Notes: generated from the sequence alone by a model not told the origin. Positions 8,614 to 17,547 are shown, counted from the stretch's first letter. The stretch: 32,000 nucleotides of DNA from Geotalea uraniireducens Rf4 (GCF_000016745.1 NC_009483.1:4500001-4532000), one strand, 5' to 3'. A program made the numbers and translations.

Positions 8614-9747
8614 CTATTCAAACGCCTGTTCCAAATCGGCGATCAGGTCGTCCGCATCCTCGATCCCCACCGAGAGGCGCAGGAGCACGTTGTTGATCCC
8701 AAGCCTTTTGCGGATCTCCGGCTTGATGTCTGCATGGGTCTGCGCTTCGGGAAAGGTGATGAGCGTCTCCACCCCGCCCAGGCTTTCTGCGAATGAGATG
8801 AGTTGCGTCTTCATGAGGAGTTGCTCCACCTGCGCCGGCTCCTTCACCTCGAAGGCGATCATGGCGCCGAATCCGGCGGCCTCGGACTGCAACAGGGCGT
8901 GGCCGGGATGATCGGAAAGTCCCGGATAATGGACCTTTGCCACCAGTGGATGGCGCTGCAGCCATGCGGCTATTCGCCCTGCGTTTGCCTCCTGCCGGTC
9001 CATCCTGATTGCGAGGGTCTTCATCCCCCGGATCACCAGCCAGGAGTCCTGGGGGCCGAGCACGGCGCCGACCGAATTCTGCAGGAAGTAGATTTTTTCG
9101 GCAAGTTGCGGCGCCTTCGCCACCACCAGCCCGGCCACCGTGTCGTTGTGACCGGCCAGGTACTTGGAGGCGCTGTAGACGGTGATGTCCGCTCCCAACT
9201 CCAGCGGCCGGAGCAGGTAAGGGGTGAGAAAGGTGTTGTCGACGATGCAAAGCGCCCCCCGTTCCTTGCAAAGGATGGCAAGTGCCCGTATATCGGCCAC
9301 CTTCAGCAGCGGATTGGTCAGGGATTCGACAAACAGTCCGCGGGTATTGGCCTTGAACGCCCCCTTGACCGCCGCCATGTCCGAGGTGTCCACGTAGGTG
9401 AATTCCAGGCCGTACTGCTGGAAAACCTGTTCAAACAGCCGGTAGGTGCCGCCGTAGAGGTCTTCGGTAACGACCAGGTGGTCTCCCCGCTGAAAAAGGA
9501 GGAGCAGGTTGGTGATGGCCGCCATGCCCGATGCGTAGGCAAAGCCCCTGCAACCCCGGTCCAGGCGGGCAATCCCATCCTCCAGCGCCTGCCGGGTAGG
9601 ATTGCCGGAGCGGCTGTAGTCGTAGCCGGTGCTCTGCCCCAACCCGGGGTGGCGAAACGTCGCCGTCTGATAGATGGGAACCGTTACCGCGCCCGTCCTC
9701 GTGTCCCAATCCAAACCAATCTGTACCGCCTGCGTCGAAATCTTCAT
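8614..9747 (-). CDS. PLP-dependent Cys/Met-metabolism enzyme (cystathionine gamma-synthase / beta-lyase family), proximal paralog
   Basis: The ATG at 9747 (MKISTQ) is preceded by GGGAGG; the ORF-track start at 9759 is a TTG inside the RBS. Motifs: YSRSGNPTR, YSASKYLAGHNDT, RLSVGIE. Confidence 0.9.
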   Translation of the reverse strand: MKISTQAVQIGLDWDTRTGAVTVPIYQTATFRHPGLGQSTGYDYSRSGNPTRQALEDGIARLDRGCRGFAYASGMAAITNLLLLFQRGDHLVVTEDLYGGTYRLFEQVFQQYGLEFTYVDTSDMAAVKGAFKANTRGLFVESLTNPLLKVADIRALAILCKERGALCIVDNTFLTPYLLRPLELGADITVYSASKYLAGHNDTVAGLVVAKAPQLAEKIYFLQNSVGAVLGPQDSWLVIRGMKTLAIRMDRQEANAGRIAAWLQRHPLVAKVHYPGLSDHPGHALLQSEAAGFGAMIAFEVKEPAQVEQLLMKTQLISFAESLGGVETLITFPEAQTHADIKPEIRKRLGINNVLLRLSVGIEDADDLIADLEQAFE

Positions 9748-9761
9748 ATAACCTCCCAAAT

Positions 9762-9790
9762 AAAAAATCCCCTTCCGGGGGCGGAAGAGG
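9762..9790 (-). terminator. Intrinsic terminator forming the expression platform of the SAM riboswitch
   Basis: Minus strand CCTCTTCCG-CCCC-CGGAAGGGG followed by ATTTTTTATTT. It lies between the aptamer and the RBS of the first gene. Confidence 0.75.
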
Positions 9791-9820
9791 ATTCACGAGT
9801 GAGGCTCTCTCTTCCTTATC

Positions 9821-9918
9821 TCCCGAAACCTCATGGTTTCGCAGGATTTGGCACCTTCCCTTTTCAGGGGGTTGCCGCGACGTCACAGGGCCGGTCCCTC
9901 AGTCGCTCTTGATAAGAA
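9821..9918 (-). promoter_or_regulatory. SAM-I (S-box) riboswitch aptamer
   Basis: Minus strand reads TTCTTATCAAGAGCGACTGAGGGACCGGCCCTGTGACGTCGCGGCAACC...AAGGTGCCAAATCCTGCGAAACC...GGGAGATAAGGAAG. This matches the conserved S-box core (CTTATCAAGAG, GAGGGA, GGCCC, GCAACC, GGTGCCAA, AGATAAG closing P1). Confidence 0.9.
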
Positions 9919-10017
9919 TATATCTATTCAATTGTTGTGCAACGATGTGACATCATCGTTGCTGGATTTTACCGTTACTCAATTACCGACTAAATCGGTT
10001 AAGTTAACCGCAGACAA

Positions 10018-10046
10018 AAGTTAGCAAGCCGGTATTTTTTTGTCAA
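10018..10046 (-). promoter_or_regulatory. Putative sigma70-type promoter for the riboswitch-controlled operon
   Basis: Minus strand TTGACA (10046-10041), 17-nt spacer, TAACTT (10023-10018). It would give a leader of about 90 nt before the aptamer. Confidence 0.35.
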
Positions 10047-10080
10047 CAATTTTGTTTTTTTATACGTTTGAAGCCCTCTC

Positions 10081-11010
10081 TTAATCCACCTGGAACAGCG
10101 CCGTGGAAAGATACCGTTCACCTGTGTCGGGAAGGATCACCACGATCCGTTTACCGCTGTTTTCCGGCCGACCGGCGACCTGCAATGCGGCAAATGCTGC
10201 TGCGCCCGATGAGATGCCGACCAGAAGCCCCTCTTCCCGGGCCAGACGGCGGCCGGTTTCCAGGGCATCCTCATTGGACACCTTGATGATTTCGTCGACC
10301 ACATCCAGATTGAGCACCTCGGGGACAAATCCCGCACCGATCCCCTGGATCTTGTGCGGCCCCGGCTGTCCGCCGGAAAGAACCGGCGAATCCAGCGGTT
10401 CCACCGCAATCACCCTGACCGCCGGATTTTTCTTTTTAATGACTTCGCCGACACCGGTAATGGTTCCGCCGGTCCCCACCCCGCCGACAATGATATCAAT
10501 GCTCCCGTCGGTATCCGCCCAGATCTCCTCGGCAGTGGTAATGCGGTGAATTGCCGGATTGGCCGGATTCTTGAACTGTTGCGGCACAAATGAGTTCGGA
10601 GTCTGGGCGGCCAGCTCATCCGCCTTGTCGATCGCCCCCTTCATCCCCTTTGCCCCCGGGGTGAGAACCAGCTCCGCACCATACGCCTTCAGGAGGTTCC
10701 TCCGCTCGATGCTCATGGTATCGGGCATGGTCAGGATCAGCCGGTAACCCTTGGCAGCCGCCACAAACGCCAGGGCTATGCCGGTGTTGCCGCTGGTCGG
10801 CTCGATAATCACCGAATCCTTGTTGAGGAGCCCCTTTTCCTCCGCGTCCCGAATCATCGCAAAACCGATCCGGTCCTTGACGCTTCCGCCCGGGTTGAAC
10901 GACTCCACTTTCGCCACGACCTCGGCCCCGACCCCTTTGACCAGCCGGTTGAGCCTGAGCAGTGGAGTTCTTCCGATAAGATCAGTAAGATTGTTTGCAA
11001 TTTTTGCCAT
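10081..11010 (-). CDS. cysK: Cysteine synthase A (O-acetylserine sulfhydrylase)
   Basis: 309 aa. It has [13 protein letters not shown], the PLP-lysine motif [11 protein letters not shown], and [10 protein letters not shown] and [11 protein letters not shown] loops. Confidence 0.93.
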   Translation of the reverse strand: MAKIANNLTDLIGRTPLLRLNRLVKGVGAEVVAKVESFNPGGSVKDRIGFAMIRDAEEKGLLNKDSVIIEPTSGNTGIALAFVAAAKGYRLILTMPDTMSIERRNLLKAYGAELVLTPGAKGMKGAIDKADELAAQTPNSFVPQQFKNPANPAIHRITTAEEIWADTDGSIDIIVGGVGTGGTITGVGEVIKKKNPAVRVIAVEPLDSPVLSGGQPGPHKIQGIGAGFVPEVLNLDVVDEIIKVSNEDALETGRRLAREEGLLVGISSGAAAFAALQVAGRPENSGKRIVVILPDTGERYLSTALFQVD

Positions 11011-11084
11011 GACAAATACCCCCTCCTTCCATATGGTTTATTTCTACAGCAACACCACTATACTTGATTATTCAACTCGGTTTT

Positions 11085-11113
11085 ACATTATCCAATACTA
11101 GTTTTTTTGTCAA
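11085..11113 (-). promoter_or_regulatory. Putative sigma70-type promoter of cysK
   Basis: Minus strand TTGACA (11113-11108), 17-nt spacer, TAATGT (11090-11085), about 75 nt upstream of the cysK ATG. Confidence 0.45.
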
Positions 11114-11195
11114 CAAATAAATTTTACAAATCTATGTATTTGGTAGTCTTATACTAAACTTGGATGTTTTCAGGCTCTACGCACATTGCGTCAAC

Positions 11196-11219
11196 AAAAT
11201 AAACCCCTGGTCAGGGGTA
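11196..11219 (-). terminator. Probable terminator after serA
   Basis: Minus strand ACCCCTGACCAGGGGT followed by TTATTTTGTTG, about 30 nt after the serA stop. Confidence 0.5.
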
Positions 11220-11245
11220 ATTACATCACAAATACATCAAGTATT

Positions 11246-12865
11246 TTATCCGGTGAAGCCACGACTACGGCCGGCACTCGTCATGTTGAGCGGCCTGATG
11301 AAGGTGGCATTAGTGGCATTGCGCAGCTCCTCGACCACATCCGGCGGCACGGCCGAATCAAGGGATAGTATGACCATCGCTTCGCCCTTTTTCTCCCGAC
11401 GGCCCAAATTCATTGAAGCGATGTTGATGTCGCGGGTGCCCAAAATGGTTCCGATCCGGCCTATCATGCCGGGGCGGTCAATATAGTTGAGCAGCAGCAT
11501 GTGCCCTTCCGGGCTGAAGTCCATGGCGTAGTCCCTCAGACGCACAATGCGGGGCGCACCTTCAAAAAGAGTCCCCGAGAGCAGCCGCCGCTTTCCCTGA
11601 CCTTCGACAGTCAGGGTGACCATGTTGGAAAAGGCATCGGCGCGGGTCGATTTATGTTCTTCAACGACGATTCCCATGTTTTCCGCGATCAGCGGGGCGT
11701 TCACCATGTTGACCTCCTGATCGACGACCAGGTTGAGAATCGCCGCCAGGCCACAGACCGTAAGCGGTGAGCAGTCATAGTGGGCAATTGCGCCTGCATA
11801 GCCGAAGGCTAGCTTTGCCGGATTGTCGTCAACCAGCTGGAATGCCAGATCGCACATCACCTTCACCAGGTTGAGGAAGGGACGCATCTGCTCCATGAGC
11901 GTCAGGTCGAAACGGGGGATGTTGACCGCGTTCTCCAGCGGCTGATCGTCAAGGTAATTGAGGATCTCCCTGGAAACGTCCACAGCCACATTGATCTGGG
12001 CCTCGAAGGTATTGGCCCCCAGGTGGGGGGTCACCACCAGCCTTTGTTGAGCGATCAACTCCTTCAACAGCTCGGTTCTAGGTGGTTCCTCGCTCCATAC
12101 GTCCACCGCCGCGCCTGCCACCTTACCCGTCTGCAGCGCGTTCAACAGCGCCTGCTCGTTGAAGATGCCGCCACGTGCGGCATTGATGAGGACCACGCCC
12201 TCTTTCATCATGGCGATTTCTTTTTCGCCGATCATGTCGAGCGTCTCCCCGTTCAGAGGGGTGTGGATGGTAATAATGTCGCAATTTCTGTAAATCTCTT
12301 CGTGCGAAACCAGCCTGACACCCAGATCGTGTGCCCGTTTCACGGCCACGTACGGATCGCAGGCCAGCACCTCACACTCGAACGCCTTCAGACGGGTGGC
12401 AACCCGACCCCCGACCTTACCCAGTCCGATTACGCCGGCAGTCCGCCCCTTGAGCTCATAACCGGTGAACGGGGCGCGCTTCCACTCGCCGCTCTTCAGG
12501 CTGGCATTGGCCTTGGTTATGTTGCGGTAGAAAGCGAGCAAAAGCGCCATGGTATGCTCAGCAGCGCTGTTGGTGTTGCCGAACGGGGCGTTGACCACGA
12601 TCACCCCTCTGGCGCTGGCGTAATCCACATCGACGTTATCGATGCCGACTCCGGCCCTGGCCACCATTTTCAGTTTTTTGGCCGCATCCAGCAGGTCCCG
12701 GTCCACGTTTGTCCCGCTTCTGGTGATAATGGCCTCGTAATCCCCGATAATCGCCAGCAGCTCTTCTTTTTTCAGCCCCAGGCGGATATCCATCTCCACC
12801 CGCGGATCCTGCGCCAAAAGCGCCAGACCTTCAGGTGCAACCTCATCGGTAACGATGACTTTCAT
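11246..12865 (-). CDS. serA: D-3-phosphoglycerate dehydrogenase, long form with C-terminal ACT domain
   Basis: 539 aa. NAD-binding GVIGLGKVGGRVA, catalytic-region TPHLGAST-like TPHLGANT, and an ACT-like C-terminus (HMLLLNYIDRPGMIGRIGTILG). Confidence 0.93.
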   Translation of the reverse strand: MKVIVTDEVAPEGLALLAQDPRVEMDIRLGLKKEELLAIIGDYEAIITRSGTNVDRDLLDAAKKLKMVARAGVGIDNVDVDYASARGVIVVNAPFGNTNSAAEHTMALLLAFYRNITKANASLKSGEWKRAPFTGYELKGRTAGVIGLGKVGGRVATRLKAFECEVLACDPYVAVKRAHDLGVRLVSHEEIYRNCDIITIHTPLNGETLDMIGEKEIAMMKEGVVLINAARGGIFNEQALLNALQTGKVAGAAVDVWSEEPPRTELLKELIAQQRLVVTPHLGANTFEAQINVAVDVSREILNYLDDQPLENAVNIPRFDLTLMEQMRPFLNLVKVMCDLAFQLVDDNPAKLAFGYAGAIAHYDCSPLTVCGLAAILNLVVDQEVNMVNAPLIAENMGIVVEEHKSTRADAFSNMVTLTVEGQGKRRLLSGTLFEGAPRIVRLRDYAMDFSPEGHMLLLNYIDRPGMIGRIGTILGTRDINIASMNLGRREKKGEAMVILSLDSAVPPDVVEELRNATNATFIRPLNMTSAGRSRGFTG

Positions 12866-12933
12866 TCCATCTCCTTGTTTCGTATTTTTATCGTCGTGGG
12901 CGGGACATTGATCTCATGGATTTCCTCAAGCCT

Positions 12934-14214
12934 CTAATCTGCCCCGCTTGACGGCACAACAGAGAAAACCGTTGCGCGTTCGCGCTGCTCATTTCTGCGC
13001 AGTGCGAGGACTCCGAACATCAGGCCGATCGTGATCGCCGTCAGGGCGGCCAGTGCCGCGTTAAAGCCGCCCGTCGCATCATAGAGCGCACCAATCGTCA
13101 GCGGGCCTGTGACCCCGCCGATCTCGGCTGCCGAGAAGAACATGCCGCTCGCCGCGCCGGCGTTGCGGCTGCCGACTCCCGGCGTCTCGACCAGGAGCAA
13201 CACGGCGATCGTAGTTATCGAGCCGCGGGCGATCCCCTGCAGCACGAGGCCTGACCCAAGCAGCATGCCGGGCGGATTGCGCAGCAGAATGCTTGCGCAG
13301 CATTCGGCCGCGAAGAGCACGACAAGCAGGGCAAGCCTCCGCTCGGGAATCGCAAAACGCGGCACCAGCAGCGAGGCGAATATACCGACCGTTGTCGGTA
13401 TGGACGCCCAGAATCCTGCCGTCCTGGGGACCATTCCGGAGGTGCGCAGGATCTCGGGCAGCCAGTTGCCGAGACCGTGACCGTAGAAAAACATGCCGAC
13501 GCTCATCAGCAGAATGATCCGCACGGTGCGGATCCCGAGCAATTCGCGGAATACCTGGCGCTGCGACTGTTTCGGGCCTGCTGCAAACAGGTGGTCGGCC
13601 GCCCGGCTCACCGGGTGAGCCGTGATCGCCAGCCAGACAAGGCTTGCCACCACGATGAACCCGGAATAGGCAAATACCGTGGCTCGCCAGCTGCCGTGCA
13701 TGAGCGGCAGGATCACGCTGTGAGTCAGCGAGAGCGCCGTCACGCTGCCAAGCGCCGAGCCCGTGACATAGAGTCCCATCGAGATGCCGCGCTCCCTTCC
13801 CGCGAACCACTGGCTGACCGTCTTGGGTGCGCCGACCGATATCATCGGCCCGCCGATGCCGAAGAAGGCGACGGCCATAAACAGTGACAGGTTTCCGGTG
13901 GCGCAGCCGCGCAAAAGGCCCGAAGCAGCGATCGTCATCGCCGCCGCGAACAGCATCCAGCGCGGACTGTACTTGCCGAGCAGCGCCCCGCACGGCATGG
14001 CCGAAAAGATGTACACGAGTTGCCATGCGCCCATGACCCCGCCGATTGCCGAATAGCTGATGCCCAGGTCTTTCGCGATCAACGGCACCAGCGGCGCCAT
14101 ACCCGACACGGTCAACCCGAAGGAGAAATAGAGTAGCCACACCCCGAACAGCATCGCCCAGCGGAATGGATGCGTGGCCAGATTGATATTCTGTGCATTG
14201 GGTTGAACAGGCAT
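12934..14214 (-). CDS. MFS transporter
   Basis: The ATG at 14214 (MPVQPNAQ) is preceded by AGGAG. About 12 hydrophobic segments, typical MFS loop motifs (GRERGISMG). The longer ORF from 14313 has no RBS. Confidence 0.8.
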   Translation of the reverse strand: MPVQPNAQNINLATHPFRWAMLFGVWLLYFSFGLTVSGMAPLVPLIAKDLGISYSAIGGVMGAWQLVYIFSAMPCGALLGKYSPRWMLFAAAMTIAASGLLRGCATGNLSLFMAVAFFGIGGPMISVGAPKTVSQWFAGRERGISMGLYVTGSALGSVTALSLTHSVILPLMHGSWRATVFAYSGFIVVASLVWLAITAHPVSRAADHLFAAGPKQSQRQVFRELLGIRTVRIILLMSVGMFFYGHGLGNWLPEILRTSGMVPRTAGFWASIPTTVGIFASLLVPRFAIPERRLALLVVLFAAECCASILLRNPPGMLLGSGLVLQGIARGSITTIAVLLLVETPGVGSRNAGAASGMFFSAAEIGGVTGPLTIGALYDATGGFNAALAALTAITIGLMFGVLALRRNEQRERATVFSVVPSSGAD

Positions 14215-14542
14215 ACTGACTCCTATGGCAGGTAATTTTCGGCAAGTGAATATCGCCATCGATTTGCCGGATGCGACGGTTTGAGCATCCAGACCAGCGC
14301 ATTCCGGTGCCAAAAAACAAAAAGGCCAAGTTCTATCAATAAGATAGGAACTTAGCCTCCAGTTTTCTGGTCAACTAATATTAATATAGTTAGTTGATAG
14401 GCTATGTTTTTAAATAGAAAATGTCAAGACAAATATTTATCAGACGAGCGTCAGTCCCGGTTCTTCAGGCCCTTGGCCCCCATTTTGGGGAGGCATTTTG
14501 ACCTTGATCGGGTACGGTTCAGGGGTGAGGACCAACCCATAG

Positions 14543-14578
14543 GGGCGAGCATGAGCGCGCAGTTCTTGCAGACGACGG
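14543..14578. repeat. 36-nt direct repeat, copy 1 (33/36 identical to 18938-18973)
   Basis: GGGCGAGCATGAGCGCGCAGTTCTTGCAGACGACGG here versus GGGCGAGCATAAGCGCGCAGTTCTTGCAGATGATGG at 18938-18973. Confidence 0.85.
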
Positions 14579-14853
14579 AAAGATTCCGGGACGCAGGAAT
14601 ATACCGTTTCGGTGTAGAATCGCCAGGGGCATGCATCGAGGACAGTTTCGCGAGAAATTTGAAGACCGTCAAGCTCACCGCCAGGCCGATACATAATTGG
14701 ATGTTTGGACTACTTTAAAGATAGAACAAAAGCACTGCTAGACGACATAACTATTTGTTTTTTAATCGTTTTTTCATATTGACATATCCCACTGTCGAGC
14801 GACAATTATTACAAGCAGCCAAACACTGCTCACAAAGAATGGAGGTGAACAAT

Positions 14854-15234
14854 ATGTTTCGTATCTTATTGATCATTGCCATAGTTTTTACAGCGAACAT
14901 GTCATGGGCTCTAGACTGGAACGTCTGTCACAAGGACTTGGAGAGCCTGAGAAAAATGTCACGTACTGAAAGTAATACAAGCTATCTGACTGCCGCAAGC
15001 AATCAGGCGGTCAAACTGCGTGACCTGTACGAAAACATCGAAGCCCAGAGATTCGACTACAATCGGTGTAAGAATTCTGCGGATGGCACGCAATATTGTG
15101 TCTACATGCAGGGGAGGTTGAATGCAATGCTTGGCGAGTATCAAGCCGGAAGGAACGATTTCAACAAGATGATGATATCGTCCGGCAAATACTCGCAGGC
15201 TAAAGAGGAATCATGCGGTTTTAAATTAAATTAG
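14854..15234 (+). CDS. Small secreted hypothetical protein (126 aa, 4 Cys)
   Basis: The ATG at 14854 is preceded by GGAGGTG. Signal peptide MFRILLIIAIVFTANMSWA. AT-rich compared with its surroundings. I recognise no family. Confidence 0.6.
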   Translation: MFRILLIIAIVFTANMSWALDWNVCHKDLESLRKMSRTESNTSYLTAASNQAVKLRDLYENIEAQRFDYNRCKNSADGTQYCVYMQGRLNAMLGEYQAGRNDFNKMMISSGKYSQAKEESCGFKLN

Positions 15235-15305
15235 TTGGGAAAGACAACCAGTCATGAGCAGTTGGCGGCTGCGACTTCCGCTGTAAACGTAAACCCACTG
15301 CAATG

Positions 15306-15342
15306 AAACGAGGCCGATTGCTTTCAATCGGCCTCGTTTTCT
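15306..15342. terminator. Bidirectional intrinsic terminator between convergent genes
   Basis: 15-bp stem AAACGAGGCCGATTG / CAATCGGCCTCGTTT with loop CTTT, followed by T-rich TTCTT; A-run at the base of the 5' arm. Confidence 0.8.
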
Positions 15343-15373
15343 TAAACAAACTAGCCGGTGCAGTGCCACGGCG

Positions 15374-15730
15374 TCAATGTGTCGGCAGTAGTGACAGCGA
15401 AGCCTCATGCAACCGTTTATCAATTGTCCATAGGGGTATTCTGGTCAGCAGGGCAGACATAAGCAAATGAATGTCGATATAACCGAGCCCTTTACCCATA
15501 AGCTTGTGATCGTTAATGAATTCAATTACCTCATCATCATCTGCGCAGGATGCCATAGGAAGGTCCTGAAGAAGAGAGAGTATTTCTGTTCTATTTTTGA
15601 GGTTTCCGCATGCCAGTTCACCAATAACAAATGGGTGAATAACTACCTGGCCATCAGTTAAGAGTGCATCAAGTCCGATAGTTCCGGATCGTAAATGTTC
15701 TACCCAGACCGACGTATCAACAAGAATCAT
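15374..15730 (-). CDS. vapC: Type II toxin VapC (PIN-domain ribonuclease)
   Basis: 118 aa starting MILVDTSVWVEHLR (first PIN acidic residue), with later conserved acidic positions. It starts 1 nt after the antitoxin stop. Confidence 0.9.
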   Translation of the reverse strand: MILVDTSVWVEHLRSGTIGLDALLTDGQVVIHPFVIGELACGNLKNRTEILSLLQDLPMASCADDDEVIEFINDHKLMGKGLGYIDIHLLMSALLTRIPLWTIDKRLHEASLSLLPTH

Positions 15731-15731
15731 G

Positions 15732-15929
15732 TTATATACCCTCTGTTCTTCTTCGAGGAATCATTTTCAAATTCTTTTCAGTCCCACCCAATCCGGCAAG
15801 TCGCTTCGAGCTTTCCTTGGCAATAAGTGCTTGTAACCCAAGCCTGACAAGGGATGTTTTTTCCGTTATGCCAGTCAATTTCGCAGCTTTTTCCAACAGA
15901 GCATCTTCGATATTAAGCGTAGTTCTCAT
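15732..15929 (-). CDS. vapB: Type II antitoxin, VapB family (RHH-like)
   Basis: MRTTLNIEDALLEKAAKLTGITEKTSLVRLGLQALI is the typical VapB-antitoxin N-terminus. The ATG at 15929 has AGGGGA about 7 nt upstream. The longer ORF to 16031 is AT-rich leader. Confidence 0.85.
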   Translation of the reverse strand: MRTTLNIEDALLEKAAKLTGITEKTSLVRLGLQALIAKESSKRLAGLGGTEKNLKMIPRRRTEGI

Positions 15930-15943
15930 GAACATTCCCCTGT

Positions 15944-15992
15944 ATGCATGTTTTATGCATCTTAATATGTATTTAATGTATGCTTTTGTCAA
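15944..15992 (-). promoter_or_regulatory. Putative vapBC promoter with ATGCAT-repeat operator
   Basis: Minus strand TTGACA (15992-15987), 17 nt, CATATT (15969-15964). Two ATGCAT palindromes follow (15955-15960 and 15944-15949) between the -10 and the RBS. Confidence 0.45.
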
Positions 15993-16204
15993 GATCTTAA
16001 TATTGCAGCAGATTGTGCTGCATTTTCTCACTTAGGGCTTCGCACGGAAGCCCGTCTCTTGATTCAGGAAAGGCGTCGTTTCTTCGGCTTGACCATCAGG
16101 CCCCATCGTCTGCCCCTCCCTGTAACAGTCATAGGCTGTGCTGGGAGCGGAGCGAACTCAGCACCAGCCGGTTGTTCGCTGTTATTGCCCCATTTGTCCA
16201 ACAA

Positions 16205-16585
16205 CTAAGGGAAAAACTTTTTAACCTCGATATCATTCATGACTTTATAGTGTTTGTCATTCCCAGTTAAGAGTGGAAGACCATAGGCAATAGCTGAAGC
16301 CCCTATCAAGGCATCAGCTATCTCGATGGAATGACTTAGAAAATGCTGTTCAACGAAAAACATCGCCTTAGCCGATATTTCCTCTGATATGTAAACAATT
16401 TGAGCATTCCACCCATGAAGAGCTTGCCTAAGACTGTTTAGTTCTTTTTTGTTTTTCATCCCTTGGACCAGTTCCATATAGGTGACGACAGAGATGGAAA
16501 AACTGTTCAAATTCTCAATTGTATCATATGCCTTCTCATTGCCTCGCATGTACCAGATCAAAACATCGGTATCTATGAGCACCAT
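16205..16585 (-). CDS. vapC: Type II toxin, PIN domain (VapC family)
   Basis: 126 aa starting MVLIDTDVLIWYMRG. Its ATG immediately follows the antitoxin's TAA. Confidence 0.88.
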   Translation of the reverse strand: MVLIDTDVLIWYMRGNEKAYDTIENLNSFSISVVTYMELVQGMKNKKELNSLRQALHGWNAQIVYISEEISAKAMFFVEQHFLSHSIEIADALIGASAIAYGLPLLTGNDKHYKVMNDIEVKKFFP

Positions 16586-16819
16586 TTAGAATCTTCCTTT
16601 TCTTAATTTTCTGACATACTCTTCAACGTTTTGAGTACTTTCGTTGTCTTTCCAAATCCCAAACAGTTCATTTTTTGCGGCTTTCCTTCCTGCCCCCAAA
16701 TAGGGGATAAGTTTGGCGCAGGGTTTGCCACGATAGGTAATAACAACTTCTTCACCTCTGTTGACGGTATCCAATAATTCCTTTGAATGAAATCTAAGAT
16801 CTTTTGCTGTAGCTTTCAT
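16586..16819 (-). CDS. Type II antitoxin, Phd/YefM family
   Basis: 77 aa. DLRFHSKELLDTVNRGEEVVITYRGKPCAKLIPY is the classical Phd/YefM fold signature. AGGAGG RBS. Confidence 0.85.
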   Translation of the reverse strand: MKATAKDLRFHSKELLDTVNRGEEVVITYRGKPCAKLIPYLGAGRKAAKNELFGIWKDNESTQNVEEYVRKLRKGRF

Positions 16820-16837
16820 GAGCGCCTCCTGTGTTGA

Positions 16838-16880
16838 AGTTTACACTTGAAAGTGTAAACTATTAAGGAGTCGCCGTCAA
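16838..16880 (-). promoter_or_regulatory. Promoter/operator of the Phd-VapC module
   Basis: Perfect palindrome AGTTTACACTT-GA-AAGTGTAAACT (16838-16861). It overlaps a putative -10 TACACT (16857-16852), with -35 TTGACG (16880-16875) and a 17-nt spacer. Confidence 0.55.
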
Positions 16881-17083
16881 TCCAAAAGGTTTTTATTCAG
16901 CGAACATATTAGTCAGCTGCTGGTCTAAGTTACCCATATAAGTAGCTTATGTCTCATATAACCTACGGTCTTATCTTCTCTTCCCTTTGGTGAAATCCTC
17001 CGGGATTCTCCCATTCAGCTCGGTGCTGCCTCATCATCCCTGAGGCTCACGGAGCTGTTCGGCAGAAAACAACACACCCTTCC

Positions 17084-17112
17084 TTGACACACTACCAGAT
17101 ATCATATACGAT
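17084..17112 (+). promoter_or_regulatory. Putative sigma70 promoter of the PIN-RHH module
   Basis: TTGACA (17084-17089), 17-nt spacer, TACGAT (17107-17112), 7 nt before the ATG region. Confidence 0.45.
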
Positions 17113-17118
17113 ACCAAC

Positions 17119-17547
17119 ATGAAACCGATTCGCGTTGTGATTGATACGAACATTCTTTACGCCGCCCTTTATTCATCGAACGGGGCTTCTAACGCGCTTA
17201 TGATTATGTTACGCGACGGCTTAATAATCCCATGCATATCGGTTACGCTGGTTTTGGAATACGAAGACGTACTGACAAGACACCGGAATGTACTTCAATT
17301 AACCCAAGCGGATATCAAGGCGTTTCTTGGTTTTCTGGTAAATCAGGCTGAGCGCACTAAAATTCATTACCTTTGGCGCCCATGTCTCAAAGACCCGAAT
17401 GATGACATGGTTCTGGAGGTTGCTGTTACTGCCGGTGTAGTTTTTATTGTCACGCATAACACCAAGGACTTTGAGGGGGCTGAGCGGTTTGGAGTTCGGG
17501 CCGTCACCCCTGGCTGGTTCATAAAGAATAATGGAGGTGTAAAATGA
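17119..17547 (+). CDS. PIN-family toxin component (TIGR00305 / PIN_3-like)
   Basis: 142 aa. MKPIRVVIDTNILYAAL, then DDMVLEVAV and FIVTHNTKDF, typical of the family annotated as putative toxin-antitoxin system toxin component, PIN family. Confidence 0.8.
   Translation: MKPIRVVIDTNILYAALYSSNGASNALMIMLRDGLIIPCISVTLVLEYEDVLTRHRNVLQLTQADIKAFLGFLVNQAERTKIHYLWRPCLKDPNDDMVLEVAVTAGVVFIVTHNTKDFEGAERFGVRAVTPGWFIKNNGGVK

Noticed and set aside
9919-9945. Proximal promoter (TTGCAC ... TATTCT) immediately upstream of the riboswitch
   Set aside because: A start site from this -10 would fall inside P1 of the aptamer (TTCTTATCAAGAG) and destroy the helix. The distal TTGACA-17-TAACTT promoter is preferred, with low confidence.
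14404-14718. ORFs 14404..14718 (+), 14440..14694 (-) and 14451..14678 (-) as genes
   Set aside because: These are three mutually overlapping frames with no RBS. None has recognisable domains. The only signal is the 36-nt repeat shared with the Cys-rich gene. I treated the region as a gene fragment or scar rather than a CDS.
16173-16906. 9-bp inverted repeat TGTTCGCTG (16173-16181) / CAGCGAACA (16898-16906) flanking the Phd-VapC cassette, as possible cassette ends
   Set aside because: It is only 9 bp, with weak similarity beyond it. A match like this is expected by chance given how freely I searched. No target duplication is visible.
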